A DNA stretch of 64,000 nt from Vitrella brassicaformis CCMP3155 (GCA_001179505.1 CDMY01000436.1:62001-126000), one strand, 5' to 3'. Positions 39,135 through 51,612 are shown, counted from the first letter of the stretch. The notes: a model not told the origin generated them from the letters alone. Made by a program: numbers and translations.

Positions 39135-40707
39135 TGATCTCAACCACGAAACAGATGTTAATGAGGCAGCTCAAACGCCAGACACTTCAACCAGCCGCCT
39201 TCGCTATGAAAACCAATTCGTTGCTCCACAACTCCTGCATGCACACACAAACACCACACCAAAGCACACACATATGCACCTGTTTCTCTATCTGTCGGTC
39301 TGTGCGTCCATGCGAATGACCGAGCTCGAGGGCCTGACGGATGAGGGCCTGTTGGCAGGCAGACAGACAGGGAAGAAACAAAGCAAATGCATCCGTGTTT
39401 GTGTTCGTCCCCACCACAGACAGACAGACACCCATCTTTACACACACCCGGAAAGGTGTACGACTTACATACCTGGATCTGGATGCAACGCGGGTCATTG
39501 TGACTGGGCAGGGGGGCACGCTTCGATGGCGCCACTCTGCACACACACACACGCGCACCAATGACACACAAACATGGATCGATGTGTGTATGGATGAGTG
39601 TCGCTTCCCTGCCTGCGGCCCGTCTATCAACTTCCTGATGCTGGCCCGCCAGCATGTCGTCCCTGATGCGCCGCACCGCCAGCACCACCGGATGAGTGCA
39701 CTGGGGGTCGTCGCCTGAATATATTCATCCATCCAGGCAATGGGCATCGCACCTGGGCAGTTGAGTCGCTCAACCAGCCAAGGAAGCGGAAGAAGGCGGA
39801 ACATATTACTCCGGGATATAAAATGTAGACAACGATGAAGCCCTGATAGGAACGAACAGGAGACAGTCAGCCCCGTTCCCATTATTTTCCTTGCTCACCT
39901 TTCCTGCCGGCCCACAGCTTTGGAGGAGCAAAAAACAGCAGAGCCCCCTGCTCACTCAACTTTCCTGTATCAGCCACGACACCGACAGAAAGAACGAGAG
40001 AAAAAGAATAGATCGCACGAATGCATTGCCTCTCTCTCTCTCTCTCTCTCCTCTACTGCTACCCAGTCGACTGGGTTCATCACCGATGACTGGCTGCTTC
40101 TTGCCTGCGCCAGCAACACACACACACACACACACACACATGGGTATTCGCATGTCCACCAGAAAGCCATGAGTGCTGTGCTGTGTCATGCTGGCTGACC
40201 TTATGGCGGTGGTAGTCCTGGTAGTCGTGTTTGCCTTCTAATGGGCTTTTCGTGCCTTCTAATGGGCTCTTCTTGCCTTCTGGTGGGCATTTCTCTGTCC
40301 TCCTTCTCCTCTCTCTCTCTCTCTCCCTCCCCCTGCCTTCGCCCTCCTCAGAACACAACGAGTCGACCTCCGTACTCAGACATGCAGCAGCACCCATCGA
40401 CACACACGCGGCCGCCACCATACAAAAAATAGCACTCAGACATGCATCCGCCACCACACCAAACACACACATGCCATGATACGAAAAATGGCACCACCAC
40501 ACTGAATGCAATGCACACATCAGCCGGACAGGGGCAGGCAGACAGGCAGACAGACAGGCAGTAGTGTACACTGTACAGTAAGGCTTTAGGCTTTTTTTTG
40601 GTTTGGGCTTTTCTGTTGTTTTTGGTTTTTCTCCCCGCTGCCTCGTCCGCCCTCCGTTGGCGAAAAAGGAAAAAAGGCAGCCGCTCGCTCCCCCTCCTCC
40701 CCCCCCC

Positions 40708-41007
40708 NNNNNNNNNNNNNNNNNNNNNNNNNNNNNNNNNNNNNNNNNNNNNNNNNNNNNNNNNNNNNNNNNNNNNNNNNNNNNNNNNNNNNNNNNNNNN
40801 NNNNNNNNNNNNNNNNNNNNNNNNNNNNNNNNNNNNNNNNNNNNNNNNNNNNNNNNNNNNNNNNNNNNNNNNNNNNNNNNNNNNNNNNNNNNNNNNNNNN
40901 NNNNNNNNNNNNNNNNNNNNNNNNNNNNNNNNNNNNNNNNNNNNNNNNNNNNNNNNNNNNNNNNNNNNNNNNNNNNNNNNNNNNNNNNNNNNNNNNNNNN
41001 NNNNNNN
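40708..41007. other. Assembly gap (300 N)
   Basis: Run of N flanked by poly-C on the left and (GGGT)n on the right. Confidence 0.99.
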
Positions 41008-41738
41008 GTACAGGGTGGTGTGTGGGTGGGTGGGTGGGTGGGTGGGTGCGGTTGATTGGTTGGTGTGCGTGTGTTGTGTGTGGCAGCTGTCTTCCCTCCC
41101 CCACCAGCCCTCTACACGGCCGCTATCATCCTATCGGTGTGGTTGTGTGTGTGTGTTGTGTGTGCGGCGACTCTCTTTCCCCTTCTTCTCACTCACAGGA
41201 GCGGCAGCATCCTTCTCTCGCTCAATCACGACAACAGCAGCTATCTCACTACACACGTGACTCACTGCCCTCCCCCCGGCTATCTACCTATCTCTCCCTC
41301 TTGCCTCCCTCTACCGACAACCAACAACTTACTTAGGCAAGTAGGCCCTTGATGAAGGCCGCCGCCTGGTGGCCCGCCTCACATGCATATGCATAGCCCA
41401 TCCGGGCCGCCCTCACGCCCCCCTGGCCATCTCTACACAACAGCACCCATCCTCCTCCTCGTCACGCCCCTCCCAACTGACCAACCACGAGTTGCCCTGC
41501 CTCTGCCAGTACGCCACCTCCCACTTAGTCAGTTGGCTCACATAGAAGCCGTCGTCAGCCCCCATCCCTCCCATCTGTCCACACATGTGCACACACGAAC
41601 AAACAAACAAGTGACCACACACTCACTCAGCGCCCGTCTCTCGTGTCTCGTGTGTGGTGCCCACCTGCAGCAGGGTTGGCCAGCTGTGGCTGATCAGGTT
41701 GTCTCCTCTCCAGCTGGTCCACAGATAGCGGCCGGCCT

Positions 41739-43017
41739 GCCTGCATCAGCTACGAGCAGGCCAGACAGAGAGACAAGAGAGAGAGACAGACAGACACACA
41801 GACACACAGACACACAGACAAAGAGAGAGTGGAAGTAATGTGAGGAACACAGTCGAAGACGTTACCCTCCCTCTCTCTTCTGTCTGTCTTTGCGTGCGTA
41901 CCTGCGCCAAGGTAGGTAAGTCAGCTATTGTCCTAATACGGACCAACGACGAACGACAAACCAGCCAGCAAGCAGGGAAGGAAGACAGCCCGCCCGCCTG
42001 TCTGTCTGTCTGTCGGTCGGTCTGTCTGTCTACGGCCGCAAGCAGCAAACGACAAACAAAAGCCTCACAAACAACAAACTAACAAGAGCTAGCTAGCCAG
42101 CTACACACAAGCGTACACACACATACGTACATACGTCATACGTACACGCATAGATCCACACGTATGCTGTTAGTCTCTACTCTATACATTCTCTATTTTA
42201 TGTTTATGCGATGCTATGTTATGCGATGCGATGCGATGCTATGCTATGCATCTGTCTGCCTGTCTGTGGAGGAGCGGAGGGAGGAGTTAGCTGGATTGAT
42301 AATTTGATAATGAAGGGCGAATCAAGGAAGAAAAGGAGAGGGCCGTTGGTGTTTGTTGCTATGTTATCGTGGCGTCGATGCGCATCCACAAGTCGGGGCC
42401 GGGTTTCGTTACCATTTGTTTGAAGCGTAGAAGGCCATAAGGCGGGCGGACGATGAGGCGATGGGCGTCGATCGAGAGGGAGATGAGGAGGAAGAGAGCT
42501 TGGGCGCCTGCATCTACGAGCAGGCCAGACAGAGAGACAAGCAGAGACAGACAGACACACAAAGAGTGGATGACAAATAAGATGTAACAAAGCCTCTCTC
42601 TCCTGTCTGTCTTTACGTGCGTACCTGCACGTCGGGTAAGCCGCCAAACCACGAACGAACGAGGGATGCAAATTTCTGTCTGTCTGTCTGTCTGTCTACG
42701 GCCGCAAGCATCGAACGACAAACAAAAGCCTCACAAACAACAAAGTAACAAGAGCTAGCTAGCTACACATACAGACACATCCACGTATGCTGTCCTTAGT
42801 ACTATTCCATTTTGTATTGACTTTATGCGATGCGATGCGTGTGTGTGGAGGAGCTGAGGAGTCTGTTGGTGTGAATCATTAAGGAGAAAGGGAGAGGGCC
42901 GTCGGTGTTTATTGGTATGTTGCCGTGGCGTCGACCATAAGTCGGGGCCGGGTTTCGTTACCATTTGTTTGAAGTGTAGAAAGGTCATGAGGCGGGCGGC
43001 CGATGAGGCGATGGGCG
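41739..43017 (+). repeat. Diverged tandem duplication (units about 41739-42467 and 42506-43017) without a credible ORF
   Basis: Shared ordered blocks: tacgagcaggccagacagagagacaag; tacggccgcaagca...cctcacaaacaacaaa...gagctagctag; aagtcggggccgggtttcgttaccatttgtttgaag...gatgaggcgatgggcg. Confidence 0.85.
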
Positions 43018-43969
43018 GACCGAAAGCTCGAGAGGCGATGGGGACTTTGGCGGTCGCGCCTTGTTGTCGACGGCGAATGTGCTCAACTTTCCTCGTTTGT
43101 TTCGCTGACCGGCTTTCTGTTTCTTTTCTTGGAATGAAAAGAGTTGTGTGTGAAGCAGCAAAGGCAAAGTAAGTGCACTCTCAACACCTCACTCTCAACA
43201 CCTGATTCATTGAATAGTTAGAATACTTCATTCACCTGTTGAGGACTCCGTCAGAAAAAGAGACGGCCATCAGGAGAAAGAACCAATATTCCATCATCTG
43301 CACACGAGCATGCCAACAGGGCACAGTGAGACCACCACAGCAATGAAACGGACTCTGCAGTCATCCTTGAAAATCATTCACACACCATACCGTCACCAGC
43401 CAACGCAAAGACAATGAGACGTCCACTCACCTGAGAGGATGTTTTGAAGACAAAGGAAGGCGTCGGCGCACTCAGTTGACGCCAGACAGGTGTCAGGGAG
43501 TCGCCAGCTGGTCAGCAGACGGCAGGTTGCCACCGGCGGAGGCCTCGCTCGTGGCACGGCGCAGAGGAAGGAAGGGTCAGTTTTCACCCGGACGAGTTGG
43601 GACGGGTAGAGGATGATGGGGCGGACCACACGAGCCAAAAAGCAGATGAAAACAAAAAGAAGCGGGGGATCTGTGGCCGAAAGAAGGCTGAGAAGCCGAG
43701 CGCGAACAAAAACTGTGAATTTCTTGTCGCGAATTTTTGAACTTTTCGTCCCGTCTCCAATTTTCGCCGAGGGAGATCTGGTTGCGCCATCTGTTCGTGG
43801 AGAAAACAGAGGCTTGAGACGCCGGGGGCGACCAGTGGGCCAAACTAGCTCGCATCATTCGAAAAACTCCAAGAGTGCAGCTGCAGCCTTGGCACGGGAA
43901 CAAACAGGTGGCTGAGCGCAGGATGGCTGAGCGCCACAATTAGTGCAGATTGCATGGACTTTGCTCACT

Positions 43970-46900
43970 TCATGTTTGAGATTCTGAACAGGTCACGTCT
44001 GGCAGGTCAGTAGCCACAAAAAGCCACATTGTCGAGACGAATGCAAGGACGAATGCACGTTTCAGCGAGAATGTGTCCTCTTGCACCTCCTGCAGCTGCA
44101 TGATCATGATATCAGATGAGTTCTGTCCTCTCCATTCTCCCCTATCTCCCCCTGACCTGTTGACCTTAACCATCGAGGCATCACTCACTCGCTGAACTTG
44201 GAGTGCCCCTTTTCCTGACGCAAGCTGCCAGTGATCCGTGCATTCATAGATGGCCACACAGTACGTATCCATGCAGAAAAGGTCCAACTTGTCTCAAAGC
44301 CTCCTCCTATCTTCATGTCTCTGTGCTCATGGTGAGTCTCTTCCATTCGCTTCACTTCGCCCCTTCCGTCTTCATCTGTTCCGCCTTCCAGTGGCAGCAC
44401 TGCTTGATAAACTCTTTGTAGTCGATTCGTTCCTCTTCCGCCTCACCTGTCTCCTCACACAGTCTCTCAAATGTACCCTGAATCATTGAGAGGAGAAACC
44501 GAGAAAAGGTCATCCCCTTTCGACGTGGAAAGCAGCTTTACTTGAGACATCCGCAGTGTCTCTCCTGCCGCTGTGTCGACAGCGTCTTTAAGCAATTCAG
44601 GGCTCAACGTGCCCGACTGGTCCTCGTCTTTTTCCGTGCACGTCTGCAGGACATCAAGATGACTGCCCATGCCTGCTCTTATCATGTGCAAACTCACGTC
44701 TATCAGCGTTTGGTATCGCTGTTTGATAAACTCCCAGGTCTCTTCCTCGCCCTCCGCCTCGACCTATATTCGTATGCAGTCCAGTCAGCGAAGGCCCTCC
44801 AACGCTTAGCTTGACTTGCTGACCTCTTCGCCACCAGTATCATCCCCCGGCTGCTCACCCCCCTCCCACTGCTCCTCTTCTTCCTCTTCAAGCACCTGAT
44901 GCTTGAATTGAACTCTGCTCTCCTGCCTCCGCGGTGCCTCCTTGCGTGGCGAGCGAGGTGATAGGCTCTCTGCTGACCGCCGCCTCGTAGGTGACCGCTT
45001 CTCTTTTGCAAGCGCTTCGAATTCATGCCATGGAGCGCCAGCAAAGCCCAACTGAGAGATGAATGGACTGTGCGACGACTCTGGATCGACTGTGAAGTTG
45101 CTCACTGGCTTGGTAGGCTTGCGCTGTCTTGGGTATGTCTGCGTTGACTGCGAGTCTTGTGGGCTCGTGTCACCTCTTGATGGAGGCACACGAGGGGCAT
45201 AGCGAGACAAAGTGCGAAGCTTCTGCCGCAGATCCTGAGACCAATGAATGCACAGGGACCTTCAAGGCGCATCTGTCTTCCATAATTTGCTCACTCTGAT
45301 GGCATCGGGATGACTCGGGTGGCACTGAAAGACCCGCAGGGAGGCCTTGTAGTATTCACTAGCGTCGTGAAATCGCCGCTGGACCACGCAGACTGTTCCG
45401 AGAGCCTTCAGCGTACGACCCACGGCCACTGACAGCTCCCCGAAGAGATGTCTCTCTAGTTCCAGCACATCTGCACAAGCAACAACATAGAAAACAAAAG
45501 TCTATCCTTCTGTGGATATCTCCCTGTTGAGCACCTTTGAGCGAGTTGAAGGCCAAATCGTGTCTGTCCGCCTTGCATTGCAGCAAAGCCAGGTTGCGCA
45601 TGCCCTTGATAGTGTTTGGGTGCTCATGTCCCAGCACCTCCGTCGCTATTCCAGCTGCAGACCTGCAGCAAAGGCCAAAGGAGACTGCAAGATTCCTGAA
45701 TCCATAATCCTTACTCGAGAAGGTCCATGGCTTCTTCCGTGTCTCCCTTGGCATGCATCCACTCGCTCAGGCGAAAGGCGGACTCAATGAGCAGGGCCGA
45801 TGACGGGCTGCTCTCCTCAAGCGTCTCCACGGCCCGACGAATCAAAGCTGCGGTCGACACACATGTGCTGTCATCAGCTGGGGATCGAGCCCGTGTCTCC
45901 TGGCGGTATACTTACCGATGGCATCATCTTTCTGTCCCGACGCCCATTGTGTCTCTGCCATTCGCAGCCACACTTCCACGGTGCCCTCATGTTGAAGCCC
46001 CAGCATGTCTTCGCGGATCTCCCATGCCTAGAGAAACAGTGAACATTCGGCTGCCCGACGGATCCTTTCAGGGGACGACGTCCTACAGCTGAGAGGTGGT
46101 CGAGTGCTGTGTCCCAATTCTTCAGCTCGATGGCGGCGAGAGCAAGCCACACCTGAAGCTGAGGAAAGAGCGAGAAGCGCGCCACACACATACAATGCGC
46201 AGGACGGAAGACATGCGTCTACCTTGGCGTAATAAAGGTTGCTTTCGCCATGCACGCCGACACATAAACGCGCCGCAGCACTCAGCTTCTGTACACGTCA
46301 TCCAATGGCAGCCCACGATAGGCGTCTCTTTTCTTTCGGTGCCATGCGCTCACTTTGGTGGCCGCTGAGACGTTCTGTTCGTGAATCAGGAGGAGGTAGG
46401 CGGTGCTCCCATTGAGCTCCGTCATCAAGCGGTCTCTGTCGAGCGAGGACCGCAACTTGGACACGACTGATTGGGCCTGGCGGAAGAGAAAGACAGACAG
46501 GCAGACAACAAGAGAGACAGGCAGACAACAAGAGAGACAGGCAGATGTACCCGCCCTGTCGGATCCTTCTGCTACATCTTTCAGATGATGACGGGCCTGT
46601 TCCGGGTAGCCCCCGCGGATGTAGGCCTCACTGCAAAGAGAAAGCAGCGGACGCGGTGCGCGGCGTCTCTGAGTGTGGTCTCTCACTCACGCCAATCTGC
46701 ATGACGCAAGTCCCATGTTCGTGGGCGGATGTTGAAAGGCATCGACCAGCATCTTGCACACCGCCATCTCCCGTATCCGCACCTCAATGAGCCGCTCAGC
46801 GTCGTCGAGCAGTTCCAAAGTCGCTGCTGTCTGCTCGAGATGCTCGAGCTTCTCCCACGGCGTTGGCAGCGGCGGCTCCTCTGGCTCGTCTGCCGTGTCA

Positions 46901-47182
46901 CGCGCAGCTGCTTTCTCTGCTGCAGTGGGCGAGTTGTCGTCCTCTAGAACACCCGACAATGTCGACAACATTTTCGTTGGGCCTCCAAAAAAGGGGGCCT
47001 GCAAGCTAAGCCGCGCGAAGCCATCCTGGCCACCACTCTGGGTGTTTTCCTCATCACGCGACTACACGCGACACACACAGAGGAGGCGACATTTGGCACA
47101 GGGCGAGCAAGTAGATCTTTGTAATGTCCTTCACATCGTACTTCATCACTCCCACAGCGTTCTCGGCCGCAGCATCGGCCAT
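43970..47182 (-). CDS. TTC23-like tetratricopeptide repeat protein with C-terminal extension and degenerate EF-hand-like loop; both ends uncertain
   Basis: PWEKLEHLEQTA and EAYIRGGYPEQARHHLK recall the TTC23 N-terminus; TPR helices LGHEHPNTIKGMRNLAL and VAVGRTLKALGTV...ASEYYKASLRVF; a splice continues HPDAIR|DLRQKLRTLSRYAP; later DEDQSGTLSPEL. Confidence 0.55.
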
Positions 47183-47713
47183 TCCTGGCCCACCAGCAGG
47201 ATCAGGCAGGCGAGTCATGAGAAGGCATCCTACACGACGCTTCTCACGCATCACACCCCCAATGGCACCGCTGGGGCCAGGACAAGGCGAGCAGCTGCAC
47301 TCTTATGCATACTCACTGTCTGAATCTCACTGTCCACTGACTGTGTGAATCTCATGCTCTCGTGACACCTTTTGCAAAGTGCTCGACGCAATCCCCTATG
47401 CAGTAGCCGCCTTGCATGTCAGCCCGTAAGTCTACGTGACAGACTCATGAGCCGGTATGGAAGACAGCTACAACAGAAGGAATCAGGTCGAGTACTGGTC
47501 TCACCCACGCATAGACAGCAGTCCCGCAGAGGGCCTCAGCGGCATCGACGCAGTAGCGTTTTCACCCGCCACACTTAGAAGAGAAAACCCTCGCGAAGAA
47601 ACTCACATGATCATATCATATACTACACGTGACGAGACTGCCCACACGTCACACATACAACCATTAAACCACAAAGCTCTACACAAGCTCCTAACGCACT
47701 GTACACTTGTCAG

Positions 47714-49702
47714 TCATGACTCCTCGTCATCTTCCTTCACACCGCCCTCTGAATGGGGGGACAGTAGGCATCCCGAGCATATGAGTGCACCGCCGACGAG
47801 GTCATGGGGGCCCAGTCGATCGCCCAGCATGAGGGCCGCAAAGCCAGCGGCGAACACGGGCTCGGTCAAGAGGATGATGGACACCTCGCTCGCCTTGACG
47901 CGCACCAAACCGATGCTTTCGAGCATCGCTGACGGAACACCAAGGGAAAAAGAGGCACATATACATAGCCGATTTGTCACTGGCAATGCTTTGTGAATTC
48001 TGTCATTACCAGTGAGGGCGACAGAGAAGAGCCCGGTGTAGAGGATTGGTACGGCGAAAGTCGGCATGGTGAGCAGCTGAAAGGCCGGCCAGGTGTGCGT
48101 CTTGATGGAGTGCACCACCGCCCACAGACTGACCAAGACAGCCGCACTGCATACTCGCGCAGCAGAGAAGGCCAGCCCATGCTCCGTCTGTATTTGGACG
48201 GAGGCCGGCGATGAGCTGTCGTCTTGCTTGAGGAACTCGCGGCCGGCCACCAGGGAGAGGGAGATGAAGAGAGCTTGACAGAGGCAGAGAAGATCGCCGA
48301 GGCCCAACGATGCGTTGGGGCTCTGAATAGGCACAAATCCGCAGGCACGAGCCGGAGCTGGTTGTATGTATTCGGACATTTCATGTGTTGTGGCTCACTC
48401 ACCGCCATCTCAAGCGATGCCACGCCCATGACACCCATCGCTGCAGCACCCCACGTCCTCAGGCCGACGGGACGGCCCAGCACTCCCTCTAGCAGCGGCA
48501 CCATCACAACCACAAGGCTGTCTAGAAGCGCACATGTCTGCAGCGACATACACACACGACAGTGTGCGCCTCAGCGCGGGGTCGTGTGCCTCATCTTACC
48601 GAAGCACGAGTGCAGCTCAAGCCAAGCGTCCCTGTGATGAATCCCAGCCCCACAAGCACCCCAGACAGCGCCCCTCCCAGCAACAGACGCCTGGGCGGCC
48701 CGTCGGGCGTCGGTAATGCTGGCTGTGGCTGAGCTGCTTCGACCAAGAGGTTGCCGATGGCAGCAGGCGATGATGGCGGGCTGATGTCGGGCTGTGACGG
48801 GAAGAAGGACGTGAACGGGAGGGTGGAGCGCGACAGGGTTGGGGGTATCAGGAAGGGGAGCAGCAGTAATGCCCCTACCAGGTACTCAGCCGCCGCTTGG
48901 AAAGACACGTCAAACTGCCCTTCGATCATCTCGGAATACACTGCGGCCTGATGGTGCCGCCAGCAGCAGAACAGAGAGAGAAGTTCTCTGACACAGATAC
49001 GAAACACCTCTGCATCCAGGTTTGTACCTTGCCAACGATGGTCTTCAGTTCGGTGAAATTGATGCCGTTGAACAACGCAGCCAGCAAGAGGAGCACACGT
49101 GGCCAGGTCCTCTGGAAACTGTCAGACCGCACCTGATGAAAACAGTGCAAGACGAACATCCAGCACCACATTTCAAGACAGTGGGCGCGCGTCAGGGTCT
49201 GTCTGTGTGGTGTGCGCCATGTTACCACTCGCTCGACGTCCTCTCGCACTCCCCTGATCCACCCGTCCACCGGCTCCTTCTTGTCCTCCCTTTGTGCCCT
49301 CCACAATAGCTCCACGGCCAACGCCTGGGGCCGCCGCCGCTTGCCACTCGATGACAGCTCCAATGGGTCGAAGTACAGCCCCTCCAGCTCGTCATCAAGA
49401 CTGGACCGCAGCGGCGTGTTATCCTCCCGTCCAGCGTGGTGGCCGATGGGCTCGTCGAATGGCCGCTCTCGAGTGGTTTGGTCTATCGACATCGACAGCG
49501 CCGACTTGTGCAGTCGCTGTCTTTGAGCAGAGAGCCATGGCGGTGGGGGGAGGAAGGCGTCGTTTGCCGGTGACCTTTGTTGGCGTGGGGCGGCTCGGCG
49601 TTCGACAGAGGAAGACAGAAAACGCTGCTGGGAGATTATGGACGAGAGATCTGCGGCCTCCGCTGCACAGCAGAGCCCCAGAGAGGGTCCCCAAATCCTC
49701 AT
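47714..49702 (-). CDS. EamA/DMT-family drug-metabolite transporter, possibly plastid-targeted
   Basis: TM segments VLLLLAALFNGINF, GGALSGVLVGLGF, LLDSLVVVMVPLLEGVLG, and the typical C-terminus VKASEVSIILLTEPVFAAGFAALMLGDRLGPHDLVGGALICSG. Confidence 0.85.
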
Positions 49703-49749
49703 CGCCGCAGGAAAGGTGTTTCCCCGGTCTGCGCGCTGTTATCCGAGCT

Positions 49750-51612
49750 CGTTCGTTCGTTCCTTCGTTTGTTAACGGACACCGAGGTCCCGGCCCCTGA
49801 GGGCAGATGCTGTGTCCATGAAAGCGTTTGTCATATCGAGAAAACTAAGCTGACGGGTGCAAAGAAAGCCAGCGCTTGCGAGAAGCCACGGCCATCAAAA
49901 GAAACTGAGCCAACGCATGTTGCACAGGGAGAGAGCGCGAAGTAAGCAATGACCATGCGAACACCAGGGCATCACAATGAGCGAGATCCCACCAAAAATA
50001 CACCACACCATCCGGTGCAGTCAATCCATACATGCGAACAACACAGAAGACCTCCCTACGTGGAGAGCTACAGAGCGGGCAATAGAAAAGCACATGCAAC
50101 TCATCCTCAACAGGCGGCGCAAGCCACGGCATCGGCCAGCTGGCGGGAGGGCAAGTAGCAGCGCAGAATGGGCAGAAGCGTAGTAGACGAGGCCGATGAG
50201 TCAGCCGACCATCTGTGACAGCACAAGTATAGGTGCCGGTGCGGAATGAAAACAGCACACGGCGCTCAGCAGAGGGGAGAGAAAAATAACATGGGAGAGT
50301 GGACAGGGGGTGGATTAGACGATGAAGCCAATCCTGACCAGACTCAAGAATAAAATCACGCAGGAATGCAGGCATATATGTGGGCAGACAGACAAGACAA
50401 TTGCGATCGAGGCAGCAACGCTGGTTACGAGAGGCAAAAACCCGGCGAACCACCGGGAATGTGTGAGGGAAGTGATGATTGAAGAAGGCTGACGCAGTGA
50501 AAAGGCATTGTCGTGCAAGGAAGAGAATACGACTGCGAGCAGTAGACCTACTGTAACCCCGCCATGGCAACAGACACAGAGGAAGTGGAGTAAGGGAGAG
50601 GGGTGGAGGAAGAGAAGGCGCGTCACGCAGTACGGTATGATTGGCGCGAATAGACGAATCCCATCGTGCGACCAGTGTGTCAGAGTAGTATGCTTTTGTG
50701 AGGCCGACATGAAGATCACGCAAAACAGCGTCAGTAATGGGACCCATATTGGAAATGAGAGTGCGATGACCAGCGTAGCTGAGCAGGGCAGCAAAGCGAG
50801 CATACACGTTGTGCTGCTGTCTGTACAGATATGTATGATCCGTCTGCATGTTGCTGAACTGACGGGTAGACGTGTACGCTGCCTGAGCCTCCAGAAGGGC
50901 CTTTTATGCCAAAGGCCCGCAGCGGCCATTCCATATACGACACAAAAACCCCAGCTGTCTGCGACGCGCTTCATACGTGACAGAGAAGCGACCGGTCTCA
51001 CTCAACAGAGCATCATTGCTGACACGAGACGACGCACACATAGCACGGAGCAAAAAACGACGATGCAACTTGTCTAACTGTCGGCATGGCATGCCCGCCC
51101 AGAACTCGCAACCATACAGATAGACTGACGAGACAATCGAATCATAGACAAGGAAGAGGGTAGAGGGGTCAAGACGAGGCAGGTGGTGGAGGTGATGATG
51201 AAAGAGGCGCAGGGCAGTCGCACCTTTCCCACTCATCACCTGCAGATGATACGCCCAACCCATACTCTCATGGAACCACACACCTAGGTACCGAAAGTGC
51301 GTGCTGCGAGGGAGAGTAGTAGCGGGCGAGCCGAAGTAGAAAGTAGGGGGTGAGGCAGGGGCAAACTCAGGATTGAAAATAACGACCTCTGTCTTGAGCT
51401 CACTGACCTCCATGTGCTTCACACCACACCACGCATAGAGACGATTAAGGCTCTCCTGCAAGGACGCTGGAGTCGTCCCGAGGAGAGCCAAATCATCCGC
51501 GTAGAGCAAGGCAAATACGACAATATCGATCAGGCGCAGCAGAGGAGCAGTAGCCTCGCGACCAGCCCGAATATACTCAGGTAGGTTGTCGATGAAGAGA
51601 CGAAAAGTGGGT
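49750..51612 (-). mobile_element. 5'-truncated non-LTR retrotransposon (LINE) ORF2 fragment: RT domains 5-7, thumb and C-terminal CCHC; one premature stop
   Basis: RLFIDNL...ALLYADDLALL...LKTEVVIF...FRYLGVWF; ORFs 50904-51668 and 49845-50849 are in the same frame, separated by TAA at 50904-50906; C-terminal RFCPFC...VEDELHVLFYCP; intronless; possible (AACG)n tail at 49750-49773. Confidence 0.92.

Larger units (their letters stand above)
28198..39839 (-). repeat. Dispersed 24-bp motif ATATAAAAYGTARRCARCGATCTG (plus-strand reading), 9 co-oriented copies
   Basis: Starts at 28198, 28944, 30684, 31001, 33208, 35564, 35881, 37037, 39816. Confidence 0.9.

Noticed and set aside
28198-39839. 24-bp repeats as a CRISPR-like array
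   Set aside because: Spacing is irregular (about 0.3-2.8 kb), there are no cas genes, and the context is eukaryotic and intron-rich.
28198-39839. ATATAAAA within the motif as plus-strand TATA boxes
   Set aside because: No plus-strand genes follow the copies; the adjacent minus-strand CAG acceptors explain the position better. Not fully excluded.
40586-41260. ORFs spanning the N run and the T-rich, poly-C and (GGGT)n flanks
   Set aside because: Artefacts of the assembly gap; the flanks look like low-quality contig ends.
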